Origin: Azolla caroliniana | Taxonomy: Eukaryota > Plantae > Polypodiophyta | Assembly: GCA_043228905.1 (NCBI GenBank) | Contig: JBHGNT010000001.1 | Coordinates: 34,224,001 to 34,288,000 of the forward strand | Direction of reading: 5' to 3' | Length of the DNA stretch: 64,000 nucleotides | Shown here: positions 26,680 through 37,700 of the stretch, one piece after another | Numbering within the stretch: position 1 is the first letter of the stretch | Layout of the letters: every line of letters begins with the position of its first letter | Position numbers and translations under genes: made by a program | Notes under the pieces: model-generated | Database searches by the model: none | What the model was told of the DNA's origin: nothing | The model's input: the letters and a program-made list of their open reading frames with translations, nothing else

Positions 26680-27382
26680 TGTTGGGAGACAGGTCCCTCC
26701 GGATGGGAAGGGAGAAGAACAGTGCCGACGAACAATCTCGGCCGAGGCCGAAACCGGATGAGGAGTACCCGGCTACGGAGAGCCGGATGGTGCAGGCCCC
26801 GGTGTGAACCAGATGAGGAGTACCCGGCTACGGAGAGCCGGATGGTGCAGAACCGGTGAAAACCGGATGAGGAGCACCCGGCTACGGAGAGCCGGATGAC
26901 GCAAACCCGATGCGAACCGGAGGAAGAGACATATTTGTAAATATGTTTCTGAGAGCCCATCGAGGCTACATTTGTAAATAGCCGTAAAGTCATATTAGTA
27001 TAAATATGACTTAGGGCAAACTTTTAGACAGTTGTTGTCATTTTTCTTGTTGGTGCAAGAAGTAGAGAGAGAGCACGTAACAGTGTACAGAGAGAGAGAG
27101 AGAAAGAGGTCGCTGCCTTTGTTGTAACCGCCGCCTGTGGCGAAGATCGTGAGCACGAGGTCGTTGCCTTCGTGAACTCACTGTTTTGTACATTCCAACT
27201 TAGTGATAGTTTGCAGCCTGTGGGCTGCCGTGGTTTTTCCCTCTTTGGGTTTTCCACGTAAACATTCTGTGTACCCTTTTCTCTCCTTTGTGTCGCGTGT
27301 TCTTCGTTTCCTGTTTCCTGTGTATGAAAAGAAGCTCGGTTGTGGCCGAGCGTTGTGTATAAGGAGCGTTGAGTTCCTGTCA
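26680..27382 (+). mobile_element. Copia solo LTR interrupting the cargo gene
   Basis: tgttggg...tgtca ends; TSD ATGGA at 26675-79 and 27383-87; similar to LTR 19842-20516. Removal restores the frame FRDG|EVWDLQDQIF. Confidence 0.93.
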
Positions 27383-29029
27383 ATGGAGAAGTATGGGACC
27401 TACAAGATCAAATCTTCTCAATGTTGGAGAATAAGGAGGTAAAGGGTCAACGACAAAAGAAATGTAAGGTTGACCCTCAACTAGAGTGAAAGTCACAAGC
27501 CGCCAATAAAGTTGACTTTACAATTGAAGAAGCGGCAGACGACATGAAGCTGTCTCTGTGGAGAGCGATGCAAGGTATTAAGGACAAGCAGCTTCTTGTG
27601 TCTGTTTTGTCAAGGGTTGTGGCGAAAGATTTAAGCCTTGAAGAAATGGTCACTGAGTTCAATAAGTAAGTCTTTCAAATACTGAAATTGTAGTCTATAT
27701 GGTGTAATTCAAAGTTCTAATCTTGATTTCTAATTTTACAGTCATAAGGTGTACATGAAGATCCAAGAAGTTATGATGAAACAACTTGGATGTATAACTT
27801 GGGAACAAGTGACCGAGGATTATCCTCTAACGTCTTCATATAAGGCGTTATCAGAGTATTTTATTGCATTCAAGGATTGGGTTAGTATTGGTGGTTTTTC
27901 ATTACCCTTTCATCATATGTAGAGCTTGTATAATAATACCTGATGTCCTATTGCTTCTATTTGAAACCGTGTCGATGAAATTAAGAAACAGAGAATCAAG
28001 GAGCATTCTAATGAAGTGGGAGGTTCAAATCTGTTGGTATATCCAGCAGTGACACGGAAATTGCGACATGTCACCACGACAGAACGGGGACTTGTCAACC
28101 CATATCAAAAACCTCAGTGACTTATGATGCGCTTGATCGAGATGTTTTCTATCGAAGGAGATTGGATATTAGATCTTTTTTCTGGCATAAGTATTCCTCG
28201 AACTAGGGTAACGATCTTGAGATAACCAATACCGAATCTTTTTTGTTTGACAACTAAATCTTCTTGTTACTTACTTCACAGGAACGACGTCTGCATGTGC
28301 AGTGAAGCTCTTTAGAAATACAGTTGCATTGGAGAAGGACGAGGAGCATGTTATATTTATTAATATGCGGATTAAGGCTTTGTGGGAGTGCCCAGACCAG
28401 GATGAGGAGGTCGGTGCAAAGAACCTCGCTAATATAGAAAGGTTTCAACCTGCTTCGCGAGAGCCTATTCCTCCGTTAGCCGGCGAACCGGGGGAGCTAA
28501 TAGAGCTTGATGATGAGCTTATAGAAGATATTTCGTTGGCTCGGCTAACAGGGGAAGCCAATGCACGTATAACCGAAGAGAGTTCTACACAAGATGATGA
28601 AGAAAATGACGTTGATGAATTGATTGCTATGTAATAGACTCTATGAAGAAAATGACACTGACGATTTGTTTGGATTTCACATTATTAATACAAATTTTGG
28701 GTTTTACCTAGTGGATTCTATTCTTTATAATCTTCTATATGTTTCAATTTCATTTTTATATACTTGGTTAGTAGATTTATGACATTGGTTTCACCGTGTG
28801 CATAGCTGACTACCATATTTATGGAGAAACATGAATTAGTTTAAATTGAGGCTGATTTTGGTCCAAGCTAACCTTAACAGAACATGGCCCTACAATTGTT
28901 GCCATGACTGTCCATGTTGTTATTATGGATCTTTGTCTTCTATTGTTAAAACTATTATGTTTCTATTCCATTGCTGCTTAGATTGTGTAGTGTGTTGATA
29001 ATGGTTCCACTTGTGTTATCGTTCGGAGT

Positions 29030-29305
29030 TTGATCCTGTGTGAATCACATAAGCAATAGAGTAGATCAATTTTAAATACAGGTATGAAAGCCTTAATAGG
29101 TTTGTTATTTCCACGACATTATCCTAAAGTTCACTGCCTTACATTGTCCACAATTATATACATATGGTTTGATCCCATATGAACAAACTGAGGAATAGAT
29201 TAGATCAACTTTAAATACAAGTATTGAATACTTTAATAAGTTAGTTATTCCAATCACTTATCCTAATGTGCACTATCCTACATTTTCCACAATTATATAC
29301 ATACA
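29030..29305. repeat. Degenerate ~140-bp tandem duplication in the transposon subterminal region
   Basis: tttgatcc...tagatcaa.tttaaataca...ttatcctaa...tccacaattatatacata occurs twice. Confidence 0.75.
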
Positions 29306-32300
29306 CGTATGGGTCAAAGTATAAATTATAACTCATTTTATTAGTATGGATACAAGTACACCTAATATTTTTGTAAAACTTACCTAATTAATATAAGTCT
29401 TTAAGTTAGTGTTTCCCTTGTCGCACAGTAGTGACATATTGAGCCATTGTTGAACTTTATTATGCCTACATTAACTTATCAACGCGTCCAAACTTGAATG
29501 ATTTCTAATGATCTCCACTCGTAGACCTATCATGTATTTTTATATTTGCAAATTCTCATCAAGTTGAGGAACATGTGATACTAGTGCATCCAATTTTTGT
29601 AGAGAGGGTGTATTTGCTTCGTTTTAAGAAGATTCTACAAGTGGAATGCACAATCCTTCCACTTGTGAATGCGAACGTGTTTTGAAATGAATGGTTGGCG
29701 GGTAGGTCGGGTGGAGCTTGTCATGATGCCGGATTACTGAATGCACTTGGCAGCTCTCGCACGTCAAAAGGAAATGGAGCATGTCCTTGTACATCCTCGA
29801 CCACCGATACTTGTCCTTCAGTTTCTCGAACATTGCGCATGTTCCTCGGTGTCTAGACCAATGGCTCTCGTGGAACTCCGACAATAGCATCGTCTGGTCT
29901 TCTCTCCGTCACCACCCAACGTGGTGCGCCTTTCTGCTTCTACAGCTGTCGCCAGATCACCCCGTTGTCGTGAAGAAAACCGTCCACGAGCGGAATCGGT
30001 GCACAGGAGCGTAGGAACCGGCTCTTCTCGAATGTTGTCCATAGAAGATCCTAGGCGGGTAGATTTAGTAGGTAGGAAGTAAAGGGGGGAAACGGCTCCT
30101 TCCTTGCCTATAAAAGGAGAGAGACGAGGAGGGGCGAAGGGATCGCGGAGAGTCGAGGACGAAGTGCTGTCGGTTTGCGTGCGAATGCTTCTCTCTCTCT
30201 CTCTGGTTTGCAAACGCCATAGCTTCCTTCTGTGTAGGTTTCGGGAGGCTCGCGCTGCTCTGAGGAATGCCCGAGTGCTTCCGGCAGCACCTCCAACCTA
30301 CTCCTTCCTCTCTGTGCGTTTACGAGCAGGTATCAGCATCTATTCGCCGGCCTGTTCGGTTGTAACCGACTTCGTGTTTTGTTGTCTTCGTGTTCTTGTT
30401 GTTTATCTTTGTTAATACATACATACGTTTGTGTCTCCCTGTGTCGCTGTCCCACTCGCGTCTTTGTGTCGAAGGGCTGTGTCCCTGTGAATCTACTCTC
30501 GCACGTAGTGGGCATCTTCTCCTTTCTCTCTTGCTCTTTGGTACAGGACCCCCGAGGTCCCGCCTCATTCCACGCATCCGCGAGGAATACCTCGACATCT
30601 TGGTGAACCCGACGTGAAAGAGGCGGCAGGAGAGCAGAAGATGAAAGGGTCGGATCTTGCAGAGGCCATGGCTTCGGCCGTGGATCGGATATTGAGCGCA
30701 CGCGAGGGCTCCGGCGCCCTCGATAGAGCCATTGAGGGGGTCGTCGGTACGATCGGCCGGTTCAGCGGAAAGGATGCCACGAAGTATTTGGCGTCCTACG
30801 GGCAGAGATGCTGATGCGGGACATTCCGGAAGAGAGGCGTCTTGCCGGGTTTCCTCGAGTGGCGATGCCGAGCATCCATGCGGAGGTGCTCGAGGTGCGG
30901 GCGGAGAGCCGTACCTGGGAGGAGTTCGAAGGCCGACTCCTGGAAAAATACGGGCTGGACGACGCGCTCCGGCTTTCGAAACGAGACTTCATGGAATGGG
31001 TGGAGTCCCCCGGCAAGGGAAGAAACGCGTCGGCACTCCTCCGGGAGTTCGAAGAACGCTTTGCGCGCCTTTCGGCGCTTGACCGAACCATTCTAGATAC
31101 GAGCCGGGTCCTATTGTTCGTCAAGACGGTGGACGAGCGGGACCGGGATCAAGTCGGCTCCTTGCTGGAAACCGAAGACGGGCTGACGACCGACTGAGCA
31201 GCGGTTAAGAGAGTCTGTGGCCGTTTCGACAAACGGCGAGAATGGGCTGATAACGGGGCGGCCGGTGCGGGGTCTGTCACAGCAAGGAGGCTTGAACCGG
31301 CACCGCAAGGGCGAAGGGAAGAAACCCGGGAATGGCTCGAAACCGGTCCGGCTTCGACTGGCATGGTCAGTGGCTCGTCCGGAGGAGCAGCGCTGGAGGA
31401 GTTGACGCGGGCGATAAAGGATCTCCAGATCGCCCAGACTCGAAGGGAAGGCAACGAACTGGCTCGTGACCGACGGCCAGCAACAGGGAACAGGTGCATG
31501 TGGTGCGACGAGGTCGGCCACATCCGGAAAGACTGCGGCGATTTCGCAGAAGCGTTGAGGAACCGGGTGGTGTACCTGTGGGAAGGCCGGGTGCACGCCG
31601 GTGACACCAGGAGGGCCCTGAACCGAAACGACGGACGAGGAGGTATGAAGAGACTGATGGAAGAGGCAGCGGCCCGACACGTGGAGGCCATCCACTACTC
31701 GGCGTCGGCCGGCATTCGGGTCGGGTGCAACGAGGCCCGAAAGGAGGGCAAAGACGGATTCTGGGCGGCAATGATGGAAGGTCTTGCCGGCGCACGGCTA
31801 AGGAAGGATGAAACGGACCGCGCTGAGAGACGGTGTCGTAGTGTAGGTTGCACACTATGTGGAAATTATATTTTTGTCCCTCCGGATAGAGAATGGAGTG
31901 CTCGGTGAGAACCGGAAGAAAACGGCATACCGGCAAGGAGGAAAAACGGCATACCGGCAAGGAGGAAAACGGCATACCGGCAAGGAGGAAAAACGGCATA
32001 CCGGCAAGGAGGAAAACGGCATACCGGCAAGGAAGAAAACGGCATACCGGCAAGGAAGAGCCGGATAAAGAGACATAAATGTAAAAAAAGGAAATACTCA
32101 CTACTGCGCAGGGCGTGATTCGAACTCTGCACCTCCACGTTGACAAACCCCAACCTTACCATTACATTAAATTATCTTAAGTGTTTTAAATATAGATTTA
32201 ATATGTATAAGACCTTTATTTATGCATACCTTTATTAAAAGGTAAATCGTGTATTTCTTTAATATATGAAAAAGAAAAAACACGAGACACTAAAAATAAC

Positions 32301-32755
32301 TCATGCACATCTAGCGTGCATGAGCCCTATACTTAGGAAATAAATAATAATAATAAAAAAGCATCACATGCACATTTAGTGTGCATGAACATATGAGAAA
32401 AAGCATGTAGCTATGCTTAGTCTCTCCCATCACTATATAAGGATGGGGAGCACATTGTAGTTGTTGTTGATTATTTGGATTAAGTATTAATCAATACAAA
32501 AATTATTCGTGGGATTCACGATTTATACATCTACTTCTCTCTTAACACCCTAAGTACCAATTAATATAGTATACTCGTGTGATTCACGAGTTTCTTGTCT
32601 TTCTCTTTGCTATTTACTCATAATTAATCTCTATCTCACGAACTTCTTTCTCCTAGTCCAAGACCTCTGTGGTTCCCACCCGACTCACGCAACGATCCGA
32701 AGCCGAAAGGCACGACACAGTTGGTGAACCCGACGTGAAAACGGGTGGCAAGGAG

Positions 32756-34795
32756 ATGGAGGCTCAACAAGCTAACAATATGATGGCGATGTTCGAACGG
32801 ATGCTTCAAGAACAACGCACGATGTCGGAGATTTCGGCATCAGTAGAGCGGCTCGTGCAACGCAACGGGCAATTTAATGGTAAGGATGTGTCGCGATATT
32901 TGCAGGACTACAAGGCGGAGATGCTCCGGTGCCGGGCTTCGGAAGGACTGCAAGTGACATCCTTTAACCGGGTGGCGACCAACGGGCTTCAAGGGAGTAT
33001 CCACGGGTTGCAACAACAAAATCCGACGTGGGAAGCATTCGAAGAGGCGTTAAAGACCACGTTTGCCATCGAGGACTCCTCCAAGGCAACGCGGAGGGGA
33101 TTCGAGGATTGGGTGGAAACGTCAGGTAAGGGGCTGAAGGTCCTCGAAGTGTTTTCGACATTCGAAAGTCGGTTCGGGAGGTTGTCCGCGAGAGATCAAA
33201 CTATTCTTGCACCGGACAAAGTCATCATGTTTTTGCGAGCTGTGGACGTCCGGGACCGGAAAGATCTCGGAGTGCTTCTTGAGGACACGACCACCGAAAG
33301 CGGCCTCACCGAAACATGGGAAAGCGTGCGGGATATCGTAGCGCGGTACACGAAGAGGGGGCAATGGCTTGCCAACGAAGAAAAGAGGGTTTCGGAACCG
33401 ATTCCGAAACCGAGAACGGGACTGGAAGACCATCAACCGAGGGCTCGGGAGATTACGGCTGAGAAGGGAGTCGACGCGTCTACGGTGGAGCAGCTGCTGA
33501 AGGAGATGGAGAATCTAAAGATCGCGATGGTGAAGAAGTCGGATGACCGCCCCACAAGCTCCAAATATACGGATCGACGGTGCATATGGTGCGATAGCGC
33601 CGAACACGATCGGAGGGATTGCGACGACCATAAGGAGGCACTACGACGGGATCTCATCTACTACGAGGGAAACCGGATTCATTCGATGGACTCTCGGAAG
33701 CCACTCCGACCGAACTTCCGGAAAGGCGGCATGAAGAAGGTGCTCGAGGAGGAGTTAGCGGCAAGAAGCAACTATGCGACAACCGCGGGAATATGTGTCG
33801 GGGAGTCATCGGGAGCGAAGGCGTCTTTCTGGCCGGAGGTGCTAGGAAACACCGAGAAAACCGACTCCAATGATATCCGAAACACCGCGGAAGGCGTTCG
33901 GGAAGCTACGGGATGGGAGTGCCCTGTCGACAAGAATAGCATATACGCCCTGTGTCAATTACATGAGGTGTATGTGGACGAGAAACGACGGCGCACGGAG
34001 GATGCGGCCGGACCATCGAAGATACCGGAAAGCTGGAACTCCGGAGGTAAGGGAAAAGAAAAGGCGACTCCGGCATTCAAGCTCGCCTCGGACATAGAAC
34101 AACAAACCGACTTGAAAAGAGTGTTCGAGGAAAGAATCTTGGATAGCCGGGTAGATTTTTCGTTGCGGGAACTACTCGGAATAGCGAAGAAGGAGTTTCA
34201 CGATCTTCTCGTGGATCTCGTGAAAAGGAAGAGACAAAGTACGGAGGAAAATGCTCCACGGGTGAATGCAAATACCGTTTCAATGAACGACACCGAAGTG
34301 GAAGGCGAAATTCCGAACTCCCACTATACAAGGCCACACTGGGCCCGTGCGACTACGGAGACTCCGGTCCGAATCGGCAACATCAAAGAACCCGTGCTAG
34401 CATTGATTGATCACGGATCGGAGATCAACTTGATGTCCAAGGAGTTCTACCGAAAGGGGAAGTGGCCTATAAACACCAACCATGGATGGAAGATTCGGGC
34501 AGCCACGAAAACGACAGAAGACCTATTTGCGGCTTGTCCGGATGTGACGGTAAAAATCGGGGATGTCGAAATTGACCAAAATTTCTTTGTGCAGGATGAG
34601 GTTTCACATTCTGTCATCCTCGGCCAACCCTTTATCACGGCTTCACGGATGGAGACGAAGGTGCTCGATAGTGGTGCGGCTTTTGCGCGAATTCGGAGCC
34701 AAAACGGAGGGAAATCCGTCCAATTCCTAACGGTGCCGGCAAATCACGAAAGGAACAAGAGGGAACTCTTGTCCCAAGTGAGAATGGATTTTTAA
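32756..34795 (+). CDS. Gypsy Gag-protease
   Basis: Open frame from the first ATG after the PBS. Zn knuckle CIWCDSAEHDRRDC; protease motif LIDHGSEIN...VILGQPF. Confidence 0.9.
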   Translation: MEAQQANNMMAMFERMLQEQRTMSEISASVERLVQRNGQFNGKDVSRYLQDYKAEMLRCRASEGLQVTSFNRVATNGLQGSIHGLQQQNPTWEAFEEALKTTFAIEDSSKATRRGFEDWVETSGKGLKVLEVFSTFESRFGRLSARDQTILAPDKVIMFLRAVDVRDRKDLGVLLEDTTTESGLTETWESVRDIVARYTKRGQWLANEEKRVSEPIPKPRTGLEDHQPRAREITAEKGVDASTVEQLLKEMENLKIAMVKKSDDRPTSSKYTDRRCIWCDSAEHDRRDCDDHKEALRRDLIYYEGNRIHSMDSRKPLRPNFRKGGMKKVLEEELAARSNYATTAGICVGESSGAKASFWPEVLGNTEKTDSNDIRNTAEGVREATGWECPVDKNSIYALCQLHEVYVDEKRRRTEDAAGPSKIPESWNSGGKGKEKATPAFKLASDIEQQTDLKRVFEERILDSRVDFSLRELLGIAKKEFHDLLVDLVKRKRQSTEENAPRVNANTVSMNDTEVEGEIPNSHYTRPHWARATTETPVRIGNIKEPVLALIDHGSEINLMSKEFYRKGKWPINTNHGWKIRAATKTTEDLFAACPDVTVKIGDVEIDQNFFVQDEVSHSVILGQPFITASRMETKVLDSGAAFARIRSQNGGKSVQFLTVPANHERNKRELLSQVRMDF

Positions 34796-37700
34796 AGCGG
34801 ACTGTTGCGGAGTGGGGAAGTGATAGTCCGAGAAGCCCTGATACCCCACACAGGAAGAAAACTCTCGGAGCAAAACAAGTACGAATCGGCCCGGATGGGG
34901 CATCTACGTACACGGCCGTAACCGGAGGAATGAAGAAACAATACCGACAAGTGGAGGATAAGTTACGGTCGGCATCAATAATAAAAGAAGACGAAGAAAT
35001 CGTGGGAGTGATCGAGGAAGTGTTCTATGGGAATACACTACAACGGCTTGAAGAGCTTGCGGAAGATAAAAGCCAAGGGAACCGGGTAGTCCCGGTGGAA
35101 TCGGTCGAGATGTACGAGATTGTTGCGAAAATGGGGCCGGATGCGCTCCGCAAAGAAGAAGCAATGGTAAGTACGAAATACAAGACCGTGGAGAAGAAGG
35201 TGAAACCGGCCGCGGGACCACTACCCGCCGATAGCGAACAAAAGAAGAAAGAAGTCTCGGGAGATCCGACACTTCGGAAGTCCGTGGATATCGGACATGC
35301 CTTCACGGATGAGACCCGGAAGAAACTTCGGATCGGTGGAGGTGGGTTCCTATTACAGAAAGAAGAAGAACGGTTTCGCGAGATGTTGGAGCAACACGGC
35401 AAAGCGTTTGCATTTACATCAAGGGAGATAGGGTGCGTCGATCCGAGAATAGTGGAGCCGATGGTGATCTTTACGATTGACCATGTACCGTGGAATCTGA
35501 AGCCAATTCCGGTGCCACGAGCGCATATTCCGAAAGTCATTGACTTGCTCAAGGAGAAGGTGGCGATGGGGATTCTAGAGCCATCAAGTGCTCCGTACTC
35601 AAATCGATGGTTTACGGTTCCGAAGAAGAATGGGTCACTCCGATTCATCCAAGACTTGCAACCGGTGAACAAGGTCACGATCCGGAACTCGGGAGTCGGT
35701 CCAATAGTGGACGAATTCGCGGAAGCTTTTGCCGGACGTGCGATATACTCCATCGGGGACCTATACTCGGGGTATGACCAATTCCAACTAGCCGTGGAGA
35801 GCCGAGACATCACTACCATGCGGACACCGATAGGACTAGTTCGAATGTGCACACTACCACAAGAAGCGACAAACTCGGTTGCACATATGATGAACGCGAT
35901 GAACAAGGTGCTTCGAGATTGCATTCCGGAGATAACGATGCCGTTTCTAGATGACATTCCGATGAAAGGATGCGCGGTGGAAGAAAAAGATGAGACTATG
36001 GATGATCGGGGATGCCGAAAGTTCGTGGTCGACCATATTCATGATTGCGAGAAAGTGTTGCGAAAGCTAGAAGATGTGCACCTAACACTTTCCGGGGAGA
36101 AATCGGCATTTGGGCAAGAAGAAATATTGGTGGTCGGACATCTATGTGGACCCTACGGCCGAAGACCGTCACCAACAAAGATCGATGCGATTCAAGCTAT
36201 GAAGGAAGTATGTGAGTCAACATCGGAAGTCCGAAGGTTTCTGGGTGCGTGTGCATTCTATCACATATGGATTCCGCACTATGCACATATAGCGGACCCG
36301 CTCTATCACTTGTTGCGGAAAGGTAAGAAATTCGAGTGGAAACCGGAACACACTAAAGCCATGAGGAAGCTCAAGAAGACACTATGGAGGGCGGAATCAC
36401 TTAAGAAGCCAAGCTACGAGCGGCCAATCATAGTAACGGTTGATACAAGTCCAACCGGTATCGGGTGGGTCATCAATCAAGCCGACTCGGATGGTTCGCG
36501 GTATCCGATCCGATTTGGAGCAAAGGTCCTCAACGAAAGGCAACGCGGATATGCACAAGTCAAAAGAGAATTGTGGGGAGTCGTGTCGGCGATAAAATCG
36601 GATCGGGATTATTTGATCGGAGCTGAAGTGGTGATCGAGACGGATTGTCTTCCGATACTCGGGATGATGCGGTGTTGTACGATACCGGATGTGGCTATGC
36701 TAAGGTGGATTGCATATGTCAAGTCACTTAATCCGGAGGTTCGACACATCTCGGGGAAGGACAACGCGGTAGCGGACATGTTATCGAGGGCGCGGTTTGA
36801 AGACGACATAACCGAATCAGATAATGAAGAAGTTTCCGAAGACTACTTCACGTCAGAACACATATGCCGAGTGAACGTGATCCGAGAATTCCGGGAAGAA
36901 GAATACGAGGGGGAAACCTTGATGATCGGGAAGATGCTACAAGAGGTCGAGGATTCAACCAATGATAAAGAAAGGAGAGCCGAGATCCGAAGGAAGAAGA
37001 GGCAAGTCCAAAAATTCTTCTTGGAAAACGGTTTAATTTGGAGGACGCCGAAAAGACCGGATGGGATACCACTTCGAGTAGTCGGGACGAAAGAGCAACG
37101 AAACCGGATAATGTCCGAGTTCCACGAATCCGATTGGGCTGGACATCGAGGAACATGGGCAACTTTTGTGAAAATCAAGCAAAGATATTGGTGGAAGAAC
37201 ATGTATAAAGATGTCGCGGAGTTCACAGAAAGCTGCGAGAAATGTCAAGTCTACTCCGGGGTCCGACACCGAGATGAGCTGCATCCGACATTCTCACCGA
37301 CAATCAACTTCAAGTGGATGGTCGACATTGTAGCTATGCCGACCGGGATTGGACAAAAGAAATACTTGGTGTTAGCTCGAGAAGATCTCACAAACCAAGT
37401 TGAAGGTCGAGCGCTTCGGAGGAAAACGTGTGCCGCGGTGTGCCAATTTCTTTTGGAAGAAGTGTTTTGTAGGTACGGCTGCGTAGGACAAGTGATTGCG
37501 GACCGGGGAGAACTCGACTCGGACAAAGCTAGGGGATTCTTCGCCAAACATGGAGTTCGGTTAACGTTGACAACGGCCTACAATCCGGAGGCCAACGGGA
37601 AGATCGAACGAGGACATAGTCCGATCGTGAAAGCACTTGCGAAGGCATGCGACGGAAGGGTGAAGGATTGGCCACAAATGCTTCCGTATGCACTATGGGC

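Larger units (their letters stand above)
17455..28634 (+). pseudogene. Transposon cargo gene: ParB/Srx-like domain fused to an amino (N4C/N6A) DNA methyltransferase C-terminal region, ~810 aa, 5 exons
   Basis: Exons 17455-17489, 25320-27665 (minus the solo LTR and one TSD copy), 27742-27880, 27923-28190, 28282-28634. All introns are GT-AG and phase-compatible; total 2433 nt = 811 codons. ParB-like: IREP..HVQNLKKKM...PFIVMVD...YFVIGGSHSAEARRQL...GLTTEEAKLLAWDHN. MTase-like: VNPYQKPQ*LMMRLIEMFSIEGDWILDLFSGI|RTTSACAVKLFRNTVALEKDEEH...RI. Six in-frame stops. Confidence 0.8.
13385..29681 (-). mobile_element. TIR DNA transposon, Sola-like (DDD transposase), with cargo gene; 16.3 kb including nested insertions
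   Basis: TIRs 13385-13420 (aacacgttcgcgttcacaagtggaaggatcgcgcat) and 29646-29681 match at 33/36. 4-bp duplication TTGA at 13381-13384 and 29682-29685. Removing the element restores the host integrase codons. A 2-bp TG duplication with one extra terminal base is an alternative parse. Confidence 0.88.

Noticed and set aside
25225-26859. ORF-track proteins 25225-26037 and 26179-26859 as separate genes
   Set aside because: Their start and end run into LTR sequence. They are in-frame parts of exon 2 of the single ParB-MTase gene.
25320-28634. Bacterial contamination as the source of the ParB/MTase sequence
   Set aside because: It has phase-consistent spliceosomal introns, one splitting the SAM motif, and plant LTR elements inserted with TSDs.
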